Assembly: GCA_030390025.1 (NCBI GenBank)
Contig: CM059431.1
Span: forward strand, 155,126,001 to 155,190,000
DNA length: 64,000 bases
Source of the DNA: Squalus acanthias
Taxonomy: Eukaryota
Direction of reading: 5' to 3'
Shown: positions 49,626 to 62,569 of the stretch, in pieces
Position numbering within the stretch: the first letter of the stretch is position 1
Layout: every line of letters starts with the position of its first letter
Notes under the pieces: model-generated
Database searches by the model: none
Seen by the model: only the letters and a program-made list of their open reading frames with translations
Told to the model about the DNA's origin: nothing
Program-made: the position numbers and the translations under genes

Positions 49626-52600
49626 CTGTGCCACTGTGGGAAAAAATTGAGAGGTCGCACAACACCAGGTTATAGTCCAACAGTTTTATTTGAAATCACA
49701 AGCTTTCGGAGCTATCGATGGCTTGTGATTTCAAATAAAACTGTTGGACTATAACCTGGTGTTGTGCGACCTCTCAATTTTGTCCACCCCAGTCCAACAC
49801 CGGCATCTCCGCATCATGACCACTGTGGGAAACCAGGGACACTTCCAGTGTCCCTGACAACTACGTGCGCGGGAAGTGTGTCCAGCTGCAGCTCCTGACA
49901 GCCCGCATGGCGGTGCTGGAGCTGCGGGTGGACTCACTCTGGAGCATGCACGATGCCGAGAACTCGGTGAATCGCTCATTTAGTGAGTTGTCCACACCGC
50001 AGGTAAAGGCTAGGACAGACAGTGAATGGGTGACCAAGAAGCAGGGCAATATCAGGAAGGTAGTGCAGGAGTCCCCTGTGGTCATCTCCCTCCAAAACAG
50101 GTATGCCGCTTTGGATACTGTTGGGGGAGATGGCCTACCAGGGGAAGGCACCAGCAGCTAGGTTCATGGCACCATGGCTGGCTCTGCTGCACAGCAGGGC
50201 GGGAAAAAGAGTTGTAGGGCTATAGTGATAGGGGACTCAATTGTAAGGGGAATAGACAGGAGTTTCTGTGGCCGCAACCGAGATTCCAGGATGGTATGTT
50301 GCCTCCCTGGTGCAAGGGTCAAGGATGTCTCGGAGCGGCTGCAGAACATTCTGAAGAGGGAGGGTGAACAGCCAGCTGTCGTGGTGCATGTAGGTACCAA
50401 CGATACAGGTAAAAAGCGGGAAGAGGTCCTACAAGCTGAATTTAGGGAGCTAGGAGCTAAATAAAAAGTAGGACCTCTAAAGTAGTAATCTCTGGATTGC
50501 TACCAGGGCCACGTGCTAATCAGAATAGAGAGAGCAGGATAGTGAGATTGAATACGTGGCTTGAGCAGTGGTGCAGGAGGGAGGGATTCAAATTCCTGAT
50601 GCATTGGAACCAGTTCTGGGGGAAGTGGGACCTGTACAGAAGGGACGGTCTGCACTTGGGCAGGACTGGAACTGATGTCCTCGGGGTAATATTTGCTAAA
50701 GCAGTTCGGGAGGATTTAAACTAATATGGCAGGGGAATGGGAACCTGTGTAGCGAAACAGGGGGAAGTAATATGCAGTCAGAAACAAATGTTAGAAGGGT
50801 GAGAAAAAATAGGGGAAGGCCGAGTAAACAAAGGCAAGAAACACAAAGGGCCATACTAAATCATAAGTCTAAAAGGACAAAGGGTGTTAATAAAACAAGC
50901 CTAAAGGCTCTGTGTCTTAATGCAAGGAGTATCCGTAATAAGGTGGATGAATTGACTGTGCAAATAGATGTTAACGGATACGATGTGATTGGGATTACAG
51001 AGACGTGGCTCCAGAACAATCAAGGCTGGGAACTGAACATACAGGGGTATTCAACATTCAGAAAGGATAGAATAAAAGGAAAAGGGGTGGGGTAGCATTG
51101 CTGGTTAAAGAGGAGATTAATGCAATAGCTAGGAAGGACATCAGCTTGGAGGATGTGAAATCAATATGGGTTGAGCTGCAGAACACCAAAGGGCAGAAAA
51201 CGTTAGTGGGAGTTGTGTACAGACCTCCAAACTGCAGTAGTGAGGTGGGGGAGGGTATGAAACAGGAAATCAGAGGTGCGTGCAAAAAAGGCACGACAGT
51301 TATCATGGGTGACTTTAATATGCATATAGATTGGGCTACTCAAATTGGAAGCAATACGGTGGAGGAGGATTTCCTGGAGTGTTTAACGAATGTTTTCCTA
51401 AACCAATATGTTGAGGAACCAACTCGAGGGGAGGCCATCCTGGACTGGGTGTTGTGTAATGACGAAGGACTAATCAGCAATCTTGTGTTACGAGGCCCCC
51501 TGGGGAAGAGTGACCATAGTATGTTGGAGTTCTACATTAGGATGGAGAAGGAAACAGTTAAGTCAGAGACCATGGTCCATAACTTAAATAAGGCCAACTT
51601 TGAGGGTATGAGGCGTGAATTGGCGAGGTTAAATTGGCAAGCGATATTTAAGGGGCTATCAGTGGAAGGGCAATGGCAGACATTTAGAGATCGCATGGAT
51701 GAACTACAACAATTGTACATCCTGGTCTGGCGTAAAAATAAAAAAGGGAAGGTGGCTCAACCATGGCTAACAAGGGAAATCAGGGATAGTATTAAAACCA
51801 AGGAAGTTGCATACAAATTGGCCAGAAGTAGCAGCAAACCCGGGGACTGGGAGAACTTCAAAACTCAGCAGAGGAGGAAGAAGGGTTGGATTAGGGCAGG
51901 GAAAATAAAATATGAAAGGAAGCTTGCAGAGAACATTAAAATGGACTGCAAAAGCTTCTATAAATATGTAAAAAGAAAGAAGTTAGTAAAAACAAACGTT
52001 GGTCCCCTGCAGTCGGAAACAGGGCAAGTCGTAATGGGGAACAAGGAAATGGTTGATCAATTGAACAAGTACTTTGGTTCGGTGTTTACTGTGGAGGAAA
52101 CACACAAACTGCCGGAAATAAAAGGGGTCAGAGGATCTGGTAAGAGGGAGAAGCTGAGGGAAATCCTTATTAGTCGGGAAAAGGTATTGGGGAGATTGAT
52201 GGGACTGAAGGCTGAAAAATCCCCAGGGCCTGATGGTATGCATCCCAGAGTACTTAAGGAGGTGGCCTTGGAAATAGTGGATGCATTGACGATCATTTTC
52301 CAACATTCCTTAGATTCTGGATCAGTTCCGATGGAGTGGAGGGTGGCCAATGTAACCCCTCTTTTTAAAAAAGGAGGGAGGGAGAAAGCAGGGAATTATA
52401 GACCGGTCAGCCTGACATCGGTCGTGGGTAAAATGATGGAAGCAATTATTAAAGATGTCATAACAGACCATTTGGAAAGTGGCGACATGATAGGTCCAAG
52501 TCAGCATGGATTTGTGAAAGGGAAATCATGCTTGACAAATCTTCTGGAATTTTTTGAGGATGTTTCCAATAGGGTGGACAGGGGGGAACCAGTAGATGTG

Positions 52601-53805
52601 GTGTATTTGGACTTTCAGAAGGCCTTCGACAAGGTCCCACACAAGAGATTGGTTAGCAAAGTTAAAGCACATGGGATTGGGGGTAATGTGTTGACGTGGA
52701 TTGAGAACTGGTTGGCACACAGGAAACAAAGAGTAGGAGTAAATGGTAACTTTTCAGAATGGCAGGCAGTGACCAGCGGGGTACCGCAGGGTTCGGTGCT
52801 GGGACCCCAGCTGTTTACATTATATATTAATGATTTGGACGCAGGGATTAAATGTATTATCTCCAAATTTGCGGATGACACTAAATTGGGAGGCAGTGTG
52901 AACAATGGAGAGGATGCTAGGAGGCTACAGAGTGACTTGGACAGGTTGGGTGAATGGGCAAATGTATGGCAGATGAAGTACAATGTGGATAAATGTGAGG
53001 TTATCCACTTTGGTGGTAAAAATAGAGAGGCGGACTATTACCTGAATGGTGGCAGATTAGGGAAAGGGGAGGTGCAACGAGACCTGGGCGTCATGGTACA
53101 TCAGTCACTGAAGGTGGGAATGCAAGTGCAGCAGGCAGTCAAGAAAGCAAACGGAATGATGGCCTTCATAGTATTGGGATTTGAGTACAGGAGTAGGGAG
53201 GTGATGCTGGAGTAGTACAGGGCCTTAGTGAGGCCACACCTGGAGTATTGTGCGCAGTTTTGGTCTCCTAACTTAAGGAAGGACATTCTTGCTATTGAGG
53301 GAGTGCAGCGAAGGTTCACTAGATTGATTCCTGGGATGGCCGGACTGACATATCAAGAAAGATTGGGTCAACTGAACTTGTATCCTCTGGAGTTCAGAAG
53401 AATGAGGGGGGATCTTATAGAGACAATTAAAACCCTGACTGGTTTAGACAAATTAGATGCGGGCAGAATGTTCCCAATGTTAGGGAAAACTAGAACCAGG
53501 GGTCACAGTCTAAGGATTAAGGGGAAGCCATTTAAGACTGAGCTGAGGAGGAACTTCTTCACCAAGAGAGTGGTGAATCTATGGAATTCTCTTCCACAGA
53601 AGGTTGTTGAGGCAAGTTCGCTAAATATATTCAAAAGGGAGTTAGATATAACACTCACAACTAGGGGGATCAAGGGATATGGCGAGAAAGCAGGAATGGG
53701 GTACTGAGGTAGCATGTTCAGCCATGAACGCATGAATGGCGGTGCAGGCTCGAAGGACCGAATGGTCTACTCCTGTACCTATTTTCATTGTTTCTATGTT
53801 TCTAT
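49626..53805 (+). mobile_element. Young, near full-length CR1 LINE (ORF1 and ORF2 with few stops)
   Basis: ORF1 pieces 49865-50724 (CGKC-type, GDSIVR, HVGTND, DGLHL); ORF2 50772-53707 including a 705-aa open frame; tail (TTTCTATG)n. Confidence 0.95.
49644..49819. mobile_element. Penelope-like inverted-repeat insertion with 13-bp TSD
   Basis: About 60-bp perfect inverted arms (aaaattgagaggtcgcac...cacaagc / gcttgtg...gacctctcaatttt); TSD CCACTGTGGGAAA at 49631-49643 and 49820-49832. Confidence 0.75.
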
Positions 53806-53901
53806 CATGAAGAACTTCAGTTAAGAGTTAGTGAGCTGGAGTCTGAGGTGCAGAAATTCCGGGGTATCAGGGAGAGTTACCTGGACACTTTGACACAGGA
53901 G

Positions 53902-54731
53902 TGTAGGGGGTTTTGGTTTGTGTGAACTTCACCTCTGACTTCTGAGCGTTTCGAATCGCTCCCACACCCTTGGTTTTACACCTTGGACTTATTTGGGGGT
54001 TGTGATAAAAAGTGCAGCAGACAACTGCTTTTGATGCAAGAACTTTGATCTTTATTCAAGAGAGTAAAACACAACACAAACACTCTTAACTCTGTAAAAG
54101 TGGGGAACACTTCGGTACAAGCGAGGGAAATAACATTAAAAGAGTACGACTCCCCTCTCAATCACACTTTACTAGCTAGGCTGGACTCCAGAGGACCAGT
54201 GATGATACTCACCAGAATCCTTGACAGTTAGGTTAGTTCGCTGTTTTGGGGTTCACTCTGTATGTCGGTTGGTGTTTGCCGTACCCCATACGCGGTAGAG
54301 GAATTCAACTGCGTATCTGGTCAGTCTTCGCGAGTCCGCTGATGCGGTAGGGTGCGTATTGGATTTATCAGGTGAGTACCAACTTTTCTTTGGTTTAGAA
54401 GTATGGTTTAGAGTTTTTAAAGGGAAAATCTTACCCAGGGATAAGTCAGGAGTAGATTGTAGAGTGGGAATTTTGCGGTTCTTCGGTTTTCTTCGAGTTG
54501 GTTTTCTTTGGCCGCGGTGGCCCAAATATTGATACTTGGTGTTTGGTTGGTTGTTTCGTGAGGGCCTTGTTGCCGCGAGGTGTCAGATGGTCACTGAGGC
54601 GATAATACTGGTTTCTTCACGTGTCGGCCTAATTTGTTGCATGGTCTGGCCTTCGAGCTGTCGAACTTCTGGCTGGACACGGAAACGCTGAACGGTGACG
54701 TTTTTAGAACTGTGTTGCGGAGAATGCCTCA
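53902..54731 (-). repeat. Provirus 2 3' LTR, R/U5 part
   Basis: Starts tgtaggggg like LTR1 tgtaaggggg; minus-strand AATAAA near 54051 and GGTGAGT donor near 54206. Confidence 0.7.
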
Positions 54732-57700
54732 TAGAAACATAGAAACATAGACGATAGGAGCAGGAACAGGCCATTCAGCCCCTCGAGCCTGCTCCACCAT
54801 TCAATGAGCTCATGGCTGAACATCCAAATTGAGTACCTTGTCGCTGCCTTCTCTCCATTTCCCTTGATCCCTTTAGCTTTAAGAAATATATCTAACTCCT
54901 TCCTGAATATATTTAATGAATTGGCCTCTACTGCCTTCTGTGGTAGAGAATTCCAGAGGTTCACCACTCTCTGGGTGAAGAAATTCCTCCTCATCTCAGT
55001 CCGAAATGGCTTACCCCTTATCCTTAGATTGTGACCCCTGGTTCTGACTCGCCGGCCATCAGGAACATCCTTCCTGCATCTAGTCTGTCTAGTCGTGTTA
55101 GAATTGTATATGTTTCAATGAGATCCCCTCTCATTCTTCTAAACTCCAGCGAGTATAAGCCCAATCGACCCAAGCTCTCCTCATTCGTCATTACTGCCAT
55201 CACAGGTATCAGCCTGGTGAATCTTCGCTGCAGTCCTTCCACTGCAAGAAGATCCTTCCTCAGATAAGGCAAACAAAACTGCACACAATACTCAAGGTGT
55301 GGTCTCACCAAGGCCCTGAACAACTGCAGCAAGACATCCTTGTTCCTGTACTCGAACCCTTTCGCTACGAAGGCCAACATACCATTTGCCTTCTTAAACG
55401 CCTGCTGCACCTGCATGGTTACCTTTAGCGACTGGTGCACAAGGACACCCAGGTCTCGTTGCACTTCTCATTCTCCCAATCTATTGCCATTCAGATAATA
55501 ATCTGCCTTCCTGTTTTTGACACCAACATGGATAACCTCGCATTCATCCACATTATATTGCATCTGCCATGCTCCTGCCCAATCACCCAACCTGTCCAAA
55601 TAGTATTGGAGTTTCTCGGCATCCTCCTCATGGCACACACTCCCACTTAGCTTTGTATCGTCTGCAAACTTGGAGATATTACATCTAATTCCCTCGTCTA
55701 GATCATTAATATATATTGTGAATAGCTGGGTTCCTAGGACCGAACCCTGCGGTCCCCCACTAGTCACTGCCTGCCACTCGGAAAAAGAGCCCATTTATTC
55801 CAACTCTTTGCTTTCTGTCTGCCAACTAGTTCTCTATCCAAGTCAATACCTTGTCCCCAATCCCATGTGCCTTAACTTTGCACGCTAATCTCTAATGCGG
55901 GACCTTATTGAAAGGCTTCTGAAAGTCCAAATACACCTCTTCTACTGGTTCTCCCTTATCTATTTTACCAGTTCCATCCTCAAAAAATTCCAGTAGATTC
56001 GTCAAGCACGATTTACGTTCGTAAATTCATGTTGAGTTTGTCCGATCATGTCACTGTTTTCCAGGTGCTCTGCTATTACATCTTTTATAATGGACTCTAG
56101 CATTTTCCCCACTACCTATGTCAGGCTTACCGGTCTATAATTCCCCGTTTTCTCTCTACCACCATTTTTGAATAGTGGGTTAAAATTAGCTACCCTCCAA
56201 TCCATGGGTCCTGTTGAAGAGTCTATAGAATGTTGGAAGATGACCCGCAATGCTTCTGCTATTTATAGGGCCACTTCCTTAAGTACCCTCGGATGTAGAT
56301 TATCAAGCCCTGGGGATTTATCGGCCTTCCATCCCGTCAATTTCCCTAACACTATTTCCCTACAAATACTGATTTCTTTCATTTCCTCCCTTTCATTTGA
56401 ACCTATGCTCCCCGACATCTCTGGGAGGTTATTTGTGTTCTCCTTTGTGAAGACAGAGCCAAAGTATGTATTTAAATGATGTATCATTTCTTTGTTCCCC
56501 ATTATTAATTCCCCTGATTCTGACTGCAAGGGACCTACGCTTGAATTCACCAAAATTTTTCTCTTCACATATCTATAAAAGCTTTTACAGTCAGTTTTTA
56601 TGTTCCTCACAAGCTTACTCTCATAATCTATTTTCCCCCTCTTAATTAATCCCTTTGTCCTTCTTTGCTGAATCCGATAATGCTCCCAATCCTCAGGTTT
56701 GCTGCTTTTTCTGGCCAATTTATATGTGCTCTCCTTGGATCTTATGCTAACCCTAATTTCCTTTGTTAACCACGGTTGAGTCACCTTTTTTGCTTTACTT
56801 TTATGACGAACTGCGATGAACAAATTCTGTAGTTCATTCATGCGATCTTTGAATGTTTCCCATTGCCTATCCACCGTCAACCCTTTGAGTGACATTCCCC
56901 AATCAATCCTACCCAACTCGCGCCTCATACCATCGTAGTTTCCTTTATTTAAATTCTGGACCCTAGTCTCTGAGTCAACTATTTCACCCCCCACCTTAAT
57001 GAAGAATTCTATCATATTATGATCGCTCCGACTCAAGGGGCCTCGCATAACAAGATTGCTAATTAATCCTTGCTCATTACAAAATACCCAGTTTAAGATG
57101 GCCTGATCTCTAGTTGGTTCCTCGACATATTGGTCCAGGAAACCATCCCGTATACACTTCAGGAATTCCTCTTCCACAGTATTGTTACTAATTTGGTTAG
57201 CCCAATCTATATGTAGATTAAAGTAGCCCATGATAACTGCTGTGCTCTTATTGCACGCTTCTCTGATTTCCCTTGTAATGCCATCCCCAACCTCCGTATT
57301 AGTGTTTGGGGGTCTCTACACCACTCCCACTAGCGTTGTCTGCCCCTTGGTATTTCTCAGTTCTACCCATACAGATTCTACATCATAAGAGCTGATATAC
57401 TTACTTACAATTGTGTTAATTCCCTCTTTAACCAGCAATGCTATCCCACCTCCTTTTCTTTTTTGCCTATATTTTCTGAATATTGAATACCCCTGTATGT
57501 TGAGTTCCCAGCCTTGGTCACCCTGGAGCCATGTTTCCGTAATCCCAATCATATCATATTCATTTACCTCTATTTGCGCAGCTAGTTCATCCACCTTATT
57601 GTGAAAGCTCCTCCCATTAAGACACAAAGCCTTCAGGCTTGTTTGTTTTACGCTCTTAGACCTTTTAGAATTATTATTTACTGTGGCCACGTTTGATTTA

Positions 57701-59138
57701 AACCCTTGATTTCTCTGACTGACACCTTTGTTGTTTTCCTTCCTGACTTCTGCTTCCAACCTTGTTTCCCTTTCCTCTGTCTCCCTGCTCAGGTTCCCAA
57801 CCCCCTGCCATTTTACTTTAAACCCTCCCACAGAGCACTAGCAAACACTCTCCCAAGGACATCGTAACCCGGTCCTGGCCAGCTGCAAACTGTCCGATTT
57901 GTAGTGGTCCCACCTCCCCCAGAACCGGTTCCAATGTCCCAGGAATTTGAATCCCTCCCCCTTGCACCATTACTCTAGCCATGTATTCATCTGAAATATC
58001 CTTCTATTTCTACTCTGACTAGCACGTGGCACTGGTAGCAATCCTGAGATTACTACCTTTGAGGTCCTATTTTTTAATTTACCTCCTAACTCCCTATATT
58101 CAGCTTTTAGGACATCATCCCGTGTTTTACCTATATAGTTGGTACCTATATGCACCACGACAACTGGCTGTTCACCCTCCCATTCCAAAATGTTCTGCAG
58201 CCGCTCTGAGACATCCTTGACCGTTGCACCAGGGAGGCAACACACCATCCTGGAGTCTCGTTTGCTGCCGCAGTAATGCCTATCTATTCACCTTACAATA
58301 GAATCTACTATCACTATAGCTCTCCCTCTCTTTTTCCTCCCGTCCTGTGCAGCAGAACCACCCCTGGTGCCAGGAAGTTGGCTGCTGCTGCCTTCCCCTG
58401 ATAAGCCATCCCCCTCAACAGTATCCAAAGTGGTATATCTGTTTGAGAGGGGGATGTCCACAGGGGACTCCTGCACTACCTGCCTGCACCTATTACTCTG
58501 CCTAGTCGTCACCCATTCCCTTTCTGCCTGTGCAAACTTTAGCTGCGGTGTGACCAAATGGATAAACGTGCTATCCACTTGGTCCACAGCATCGCGAATG
58601 CTCCAGTATGTATCCATTCGCAGCTCCAGCGCCACAATGCGATCTGCCAGTAGCTGCAGCTGGATAAACTTCCTGCACTCATGGTCGTCAGGGACACAGG
58701 AAGTGTCAACGATTTCCCACATAGCGCAGGAGAAGCATACCACGGCGCCGAGCATACCACGGTGCCATGATTAAATCAAATCAATCCCACCAATTAAACT
58801 ATAATTAAATGATATAGGGCCCATGTTTACCAACTGTCCCCCAAACACCACAGAGACCCTAGAAACTATAAACCACAAAATTTAAGTTTGGAAAAAGGAG
58901 AAAAAGAGAAATAATCACCAACCAATCACTTACCTGCTTTCTGTTGACGTCACACTTTGATTATTTTTTACTTCTCTCTCTCCCGCTCTCGGGGCTCCAC
59001 CCAGGTTCGCCGCCTCTGTGGCCCTACCTGCTCGCTGCCGCCTTTTATTGCCGCCGCCTCGCCGCTGTCGCTCCACCCAGGTCCGCAGCCTCCGTCGATG
59101 TCTTCTTGTTCTTCCTTCCTCTTCTTCTTTTTTAGGGT
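54732..59138 (-). mobile_element. Full-length CR1 LINE (about 4.4 kb) inserted in the provirus 2 LTR
   Basis: 5'UTR 58770-59138, ORF1 57830-58770, ORF2 54800-57830, (ATAGAAAC)n tail; degenerate TSD GAGAATG(GG)CCT(T)CA at 54720-54731 and 59139-59153. Confidence 0.92.
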
Positions 59139-59751
59139 GAGAATGGGCCTTCAATAATACGCATTGAAGGTTCCTTATCTGCGCGCCAAATCAGGTCTCG
59201 GTCTTTGTTAGTTTTGGCGGGCTCGTCAACTGTCACTTGTTTGTTAAGGTGTGAAGTGGTTCCAGGATGGCCCCATCCCGTTGATGTGCCACTTAATCGG
59301 AGTTTGATTGTTCCTATGTTTTGGGTTTTCTTGGCTGGGCCTATGATTTGTATAGAGTATGCTGAAGTAATATGTTTTATGCATGTCTTAATGAGCTCTG
59401 TAACTTTGGGGTGGAGACTGGTTTTCCTCGGGCTTATTGTTAGGATGCTAATGTATGATAGGGGCCGATTTAAACTCCCAACGAGATCATGCGGTTCCCC
59501 AGATAGTTCCGATTAGCTCCAATACCCAAACCGATTTACACAGTTTGAACCCACGTTCCTTCACAGCTTTTTCTCCCTTACAAGCCCAGACATGTTTGAA
59601 AAGTACCAAATCATGGTTTTTGCTCAACAGGTCCTCCGGTTAGGCCCAATGCACTTCACCACCCTGTAATAGCTAGAAAGGAGTCCAAAGTCTTTTTCCT
59701 TAGGGTTTGTCTTCGAGTTTTGGGGAATCTCTGAATTTTGAGAATATTACA
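59139..59751 (-). repeat. Provirus 2 3' LTR, U3 part (carries orfX remnant)
   Basis: Ends TTACA adjacent to the PPT gtccccgct, as in provirus 1. Confidence 0.72.
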
Positions 59752-60044
59752 GTCCCCGCTGTGATACTTTACCAGCTAGAGTATCATACCGGGTGAGTAA
59801 AATTCCTGATCCTCGAGAACCAACCTTCCCCTGCAGTTTACCTATCTAAGACCCAAAACACACATTTCCCTGTTGATGTAGTGTTCAGATGCAGGCACAG
59901 GTAAGATTCTAGTTACATTCACATCCAAGCATGGAGGGGGTCCCACACCCCTGCACCAGTTGGAAAGTATTACATACATAGCAAAAATAATAATACACGT
60001 TCGCAAAAACTTTATTCATTTTAATAAAACAATTCAGGCTCGCC

Positions 60045-62365
60045 CTAAACCTGGCCATAGCCTTTATTGTAATGCTGGTCCCAAGCTTTCTCATGTCGGG
60101 ATCGGAACACTCTGTCCTTTCCCTTGCATTTTGTGCACAGTAATTAGAGATGTATGCCAAGCTGGCAGACCACTAAAATATGGGAAGCCATTCTGATCCA
60201 GAAAGGGACCTCTATATTTTCGAAAATATCCCACCAGGGTGGAATTATGATGCCTGAAATCTCGGCCCCTATCTCGACTGTCTTTTGTTCCAGAGTGTAG
60301 AAATGTTGTTGTGATACTTGTACTGCTTTGAGTAGGGCAGTAAAATGTTCGGGTAGAGGAGCAATCTTATAGCCGAAGAATGTGACATGCTTTTGCAGGT
60401 TGGTAATGTTTTCCTGACAGTGAGGTGAACAGTTGAGGTTTCAGGAATCGGTACAATCCGTTCCTGGGCCACTTGAACTTCTGCCTCGGGTGTAAAGCAG
60501 AAACTACTGTCACTTACCGGACACCAGATGTGCTGTCCATGGTGGTAGTGGGGCGCACTTGTGGTGACACAATATGTCCCACCCCCTATGAATGCTACCT
60601 ATGGGGGAACATGGCCTTTTGCCATTACCTCCATGATACAGTTACTAGTTCGTGCGCCAGCAGCTTTAAACCCACACTGTGGTCAAGAATAGGCATTCAA
60701 GTGCACCCCGGCTCCGGCACCTGGAGAGGTCAGTACCCGTCATAGCGTGCTCCCACTTTATGACATAAGGTGGGACCGCTGCGAAACGGACGTGTGCACC
60801 CCCTTGAATGACCCTAATGTTCTCCACCCTTTATACCGGTGCGGGACGGGCTGTCCCACCCATGACCGGCATCCTCACCACTATCCACATGATAGAGTGA
60901 TTGGAACGCCCACAATCTACAGGGACTGGGCAGGCTTCAGAGGCTAGGCGGAGTTGACATGGGCTCAGCGAATTGCTAAACGGGAGGAGGGCTGTGAGGT
61001 GTTAGTTGCTAATTCAGGAGGGGACTAAACTTTGTTTTATATCCTCCAGGTTGCTGCGGCCCTCGCCCAGCAACCATACCCCGTATAGCACATACACCTC
61101 ATTCTGGGCAGCCTGATCCGAAGCATTCCTATCCTCCCGTATGAGTGCATTTACTGTTTTTGCGTGTCTCTCTAGCTCAGAAATAATCTCCTTTAAATGG
61201 ACCGTCATAGCTTGGTCCTCGTGTAGCTCTGAGCAAAAAACTGTGTTTTCTTCCGTTAGGATCTTTCTCAGTTGTGTTTTTAGGCCATTTATCTGTGTTT
61301 GCAGTTCTCTATCGTCCAGGCTATTTATTACAGATGATCCTGTATTGCAGCTTGTGAAAATATCGTTTCAGGTCCCCCTTCTCTGTCTCCCTGCGCCCAT
61401 AGTGTGCTCTGCGTGTAGTTTGTACAGTTCTGCTTTGTCTATGTTGGCAAAGTCGAATTCGTAGAATTTCCTAAACATCTCTTTCAGCAGGGCCTGGTAT
61501 AGCTCTTCTGTCTCCTTAGGACACCACTCACGTAAGTCTACCTCGGTAAGGTTTAGGATCACTGAAGCTATTGCATATTGTAACCCCTGGCAGAGTACAT
61601 TTTCGGTCGGCACTAGCACTAGCCCATTCTCTGGTCCCTTGGTGGTGGTAGGACACCTCTCTATCACTGTCCGTGATGTCGTGGGCGTGGGCAGGGGCTT
61701 TCGTGGGCATGCTACTAGTTCGGTGGCGTTGACTGGGATCGGGGAGTGTGGGAGCGTGCACCGATGTAGGCTAGAGTCCCACCCCATCCCCTACCCGGCA
61801 TCTTGCCATTGTCTGGAGAAGATGATGGATATGCCTGTGGGGCAGTCTCTCTCTGATCCTTACATACAGACATAGATTCCCTGTTCTGACGCCCACCACT
61901 TGTCCCAACAAACACTCACACCCCCTTAGGTCCCTGTGATCGGCCGGTAGCTGTCGTTCTCCAGTCGTTCCCAGCCAGCTGTACGGTCCCCTATGTCCCT
62001 GCTCAGCTTCCTGAGCCACCACCACCTATCCAGGGGAATCCGTCCCTTGCAGGTGAGACACACATGTTTCCCCTCAGTGACACTGACCCTTGTAGCAACG
62101 ACCTGTACCCTGGGGCACGGGATGGAGGCCTCCCCGTATGTGAACCCGGTCTGGCTGGAGTATTCTGTAGAGTTAAACCCTAGCAACCCTGGCCAGCTTC
62201 CCTCATGGAAGTAAATAGCGAGCCCCTCCACACCCGGTTTGCCACCCCAGCGGTAACGATCGGCGCTCTCTCTCCCGAGCACCCATAAATGTGGGAGTCC
62301 TCCACGTCACCTTCGTCGCCGATGCTCACCCCTACCAGGGCGAGCAGGAGCAGAACCTTTGTCAT
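60045..62365 (-). pseudogene. env: Provirus 2 env (signal peptide, Ig-like domain, RQRR furin site, F-type subunit, TM)
   Basis: MTKVLLLLALVGVSIG; VTEGKHVCLTC..WWWLRK..SEQGIYVC; GRQRRG; ELQTQINGLK; IRMASHILVVCQ. Confidence 0.85.
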
Positions 62366-62569
62366 GCCGATTTCTTCTCTGTAGGGACACACAAATCAAA
62401 TAGCCCTGTCCCGAGAAGGTTCTCTGGCTTGACAGGTGATCGAGTCTCGAAAATTGAAACTTACTTAGGTAAAATAAACTCACTAAAACTAAAACTACCA
62501 AAACTGTAAAACACACCTAAAATACACTTTAAACTCTGTACATACGCCGCCCGTCTCTGGACGGCCAGG

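Noticed and set aside
51098..53215. 705-aa ORF as an active or domesticated RT gene
   Set aside because: Part of a young CR1 ORF2 with a frameshift near 51090 and a stop at 53213; ORF1 is also interrupted
234..58774. Many 60-170 aa ORFs antisense to CR1 ORF1/ORF2 that recur with similar sequence
   Set aside because: Shadow frames of the repeated LINE coding sequence
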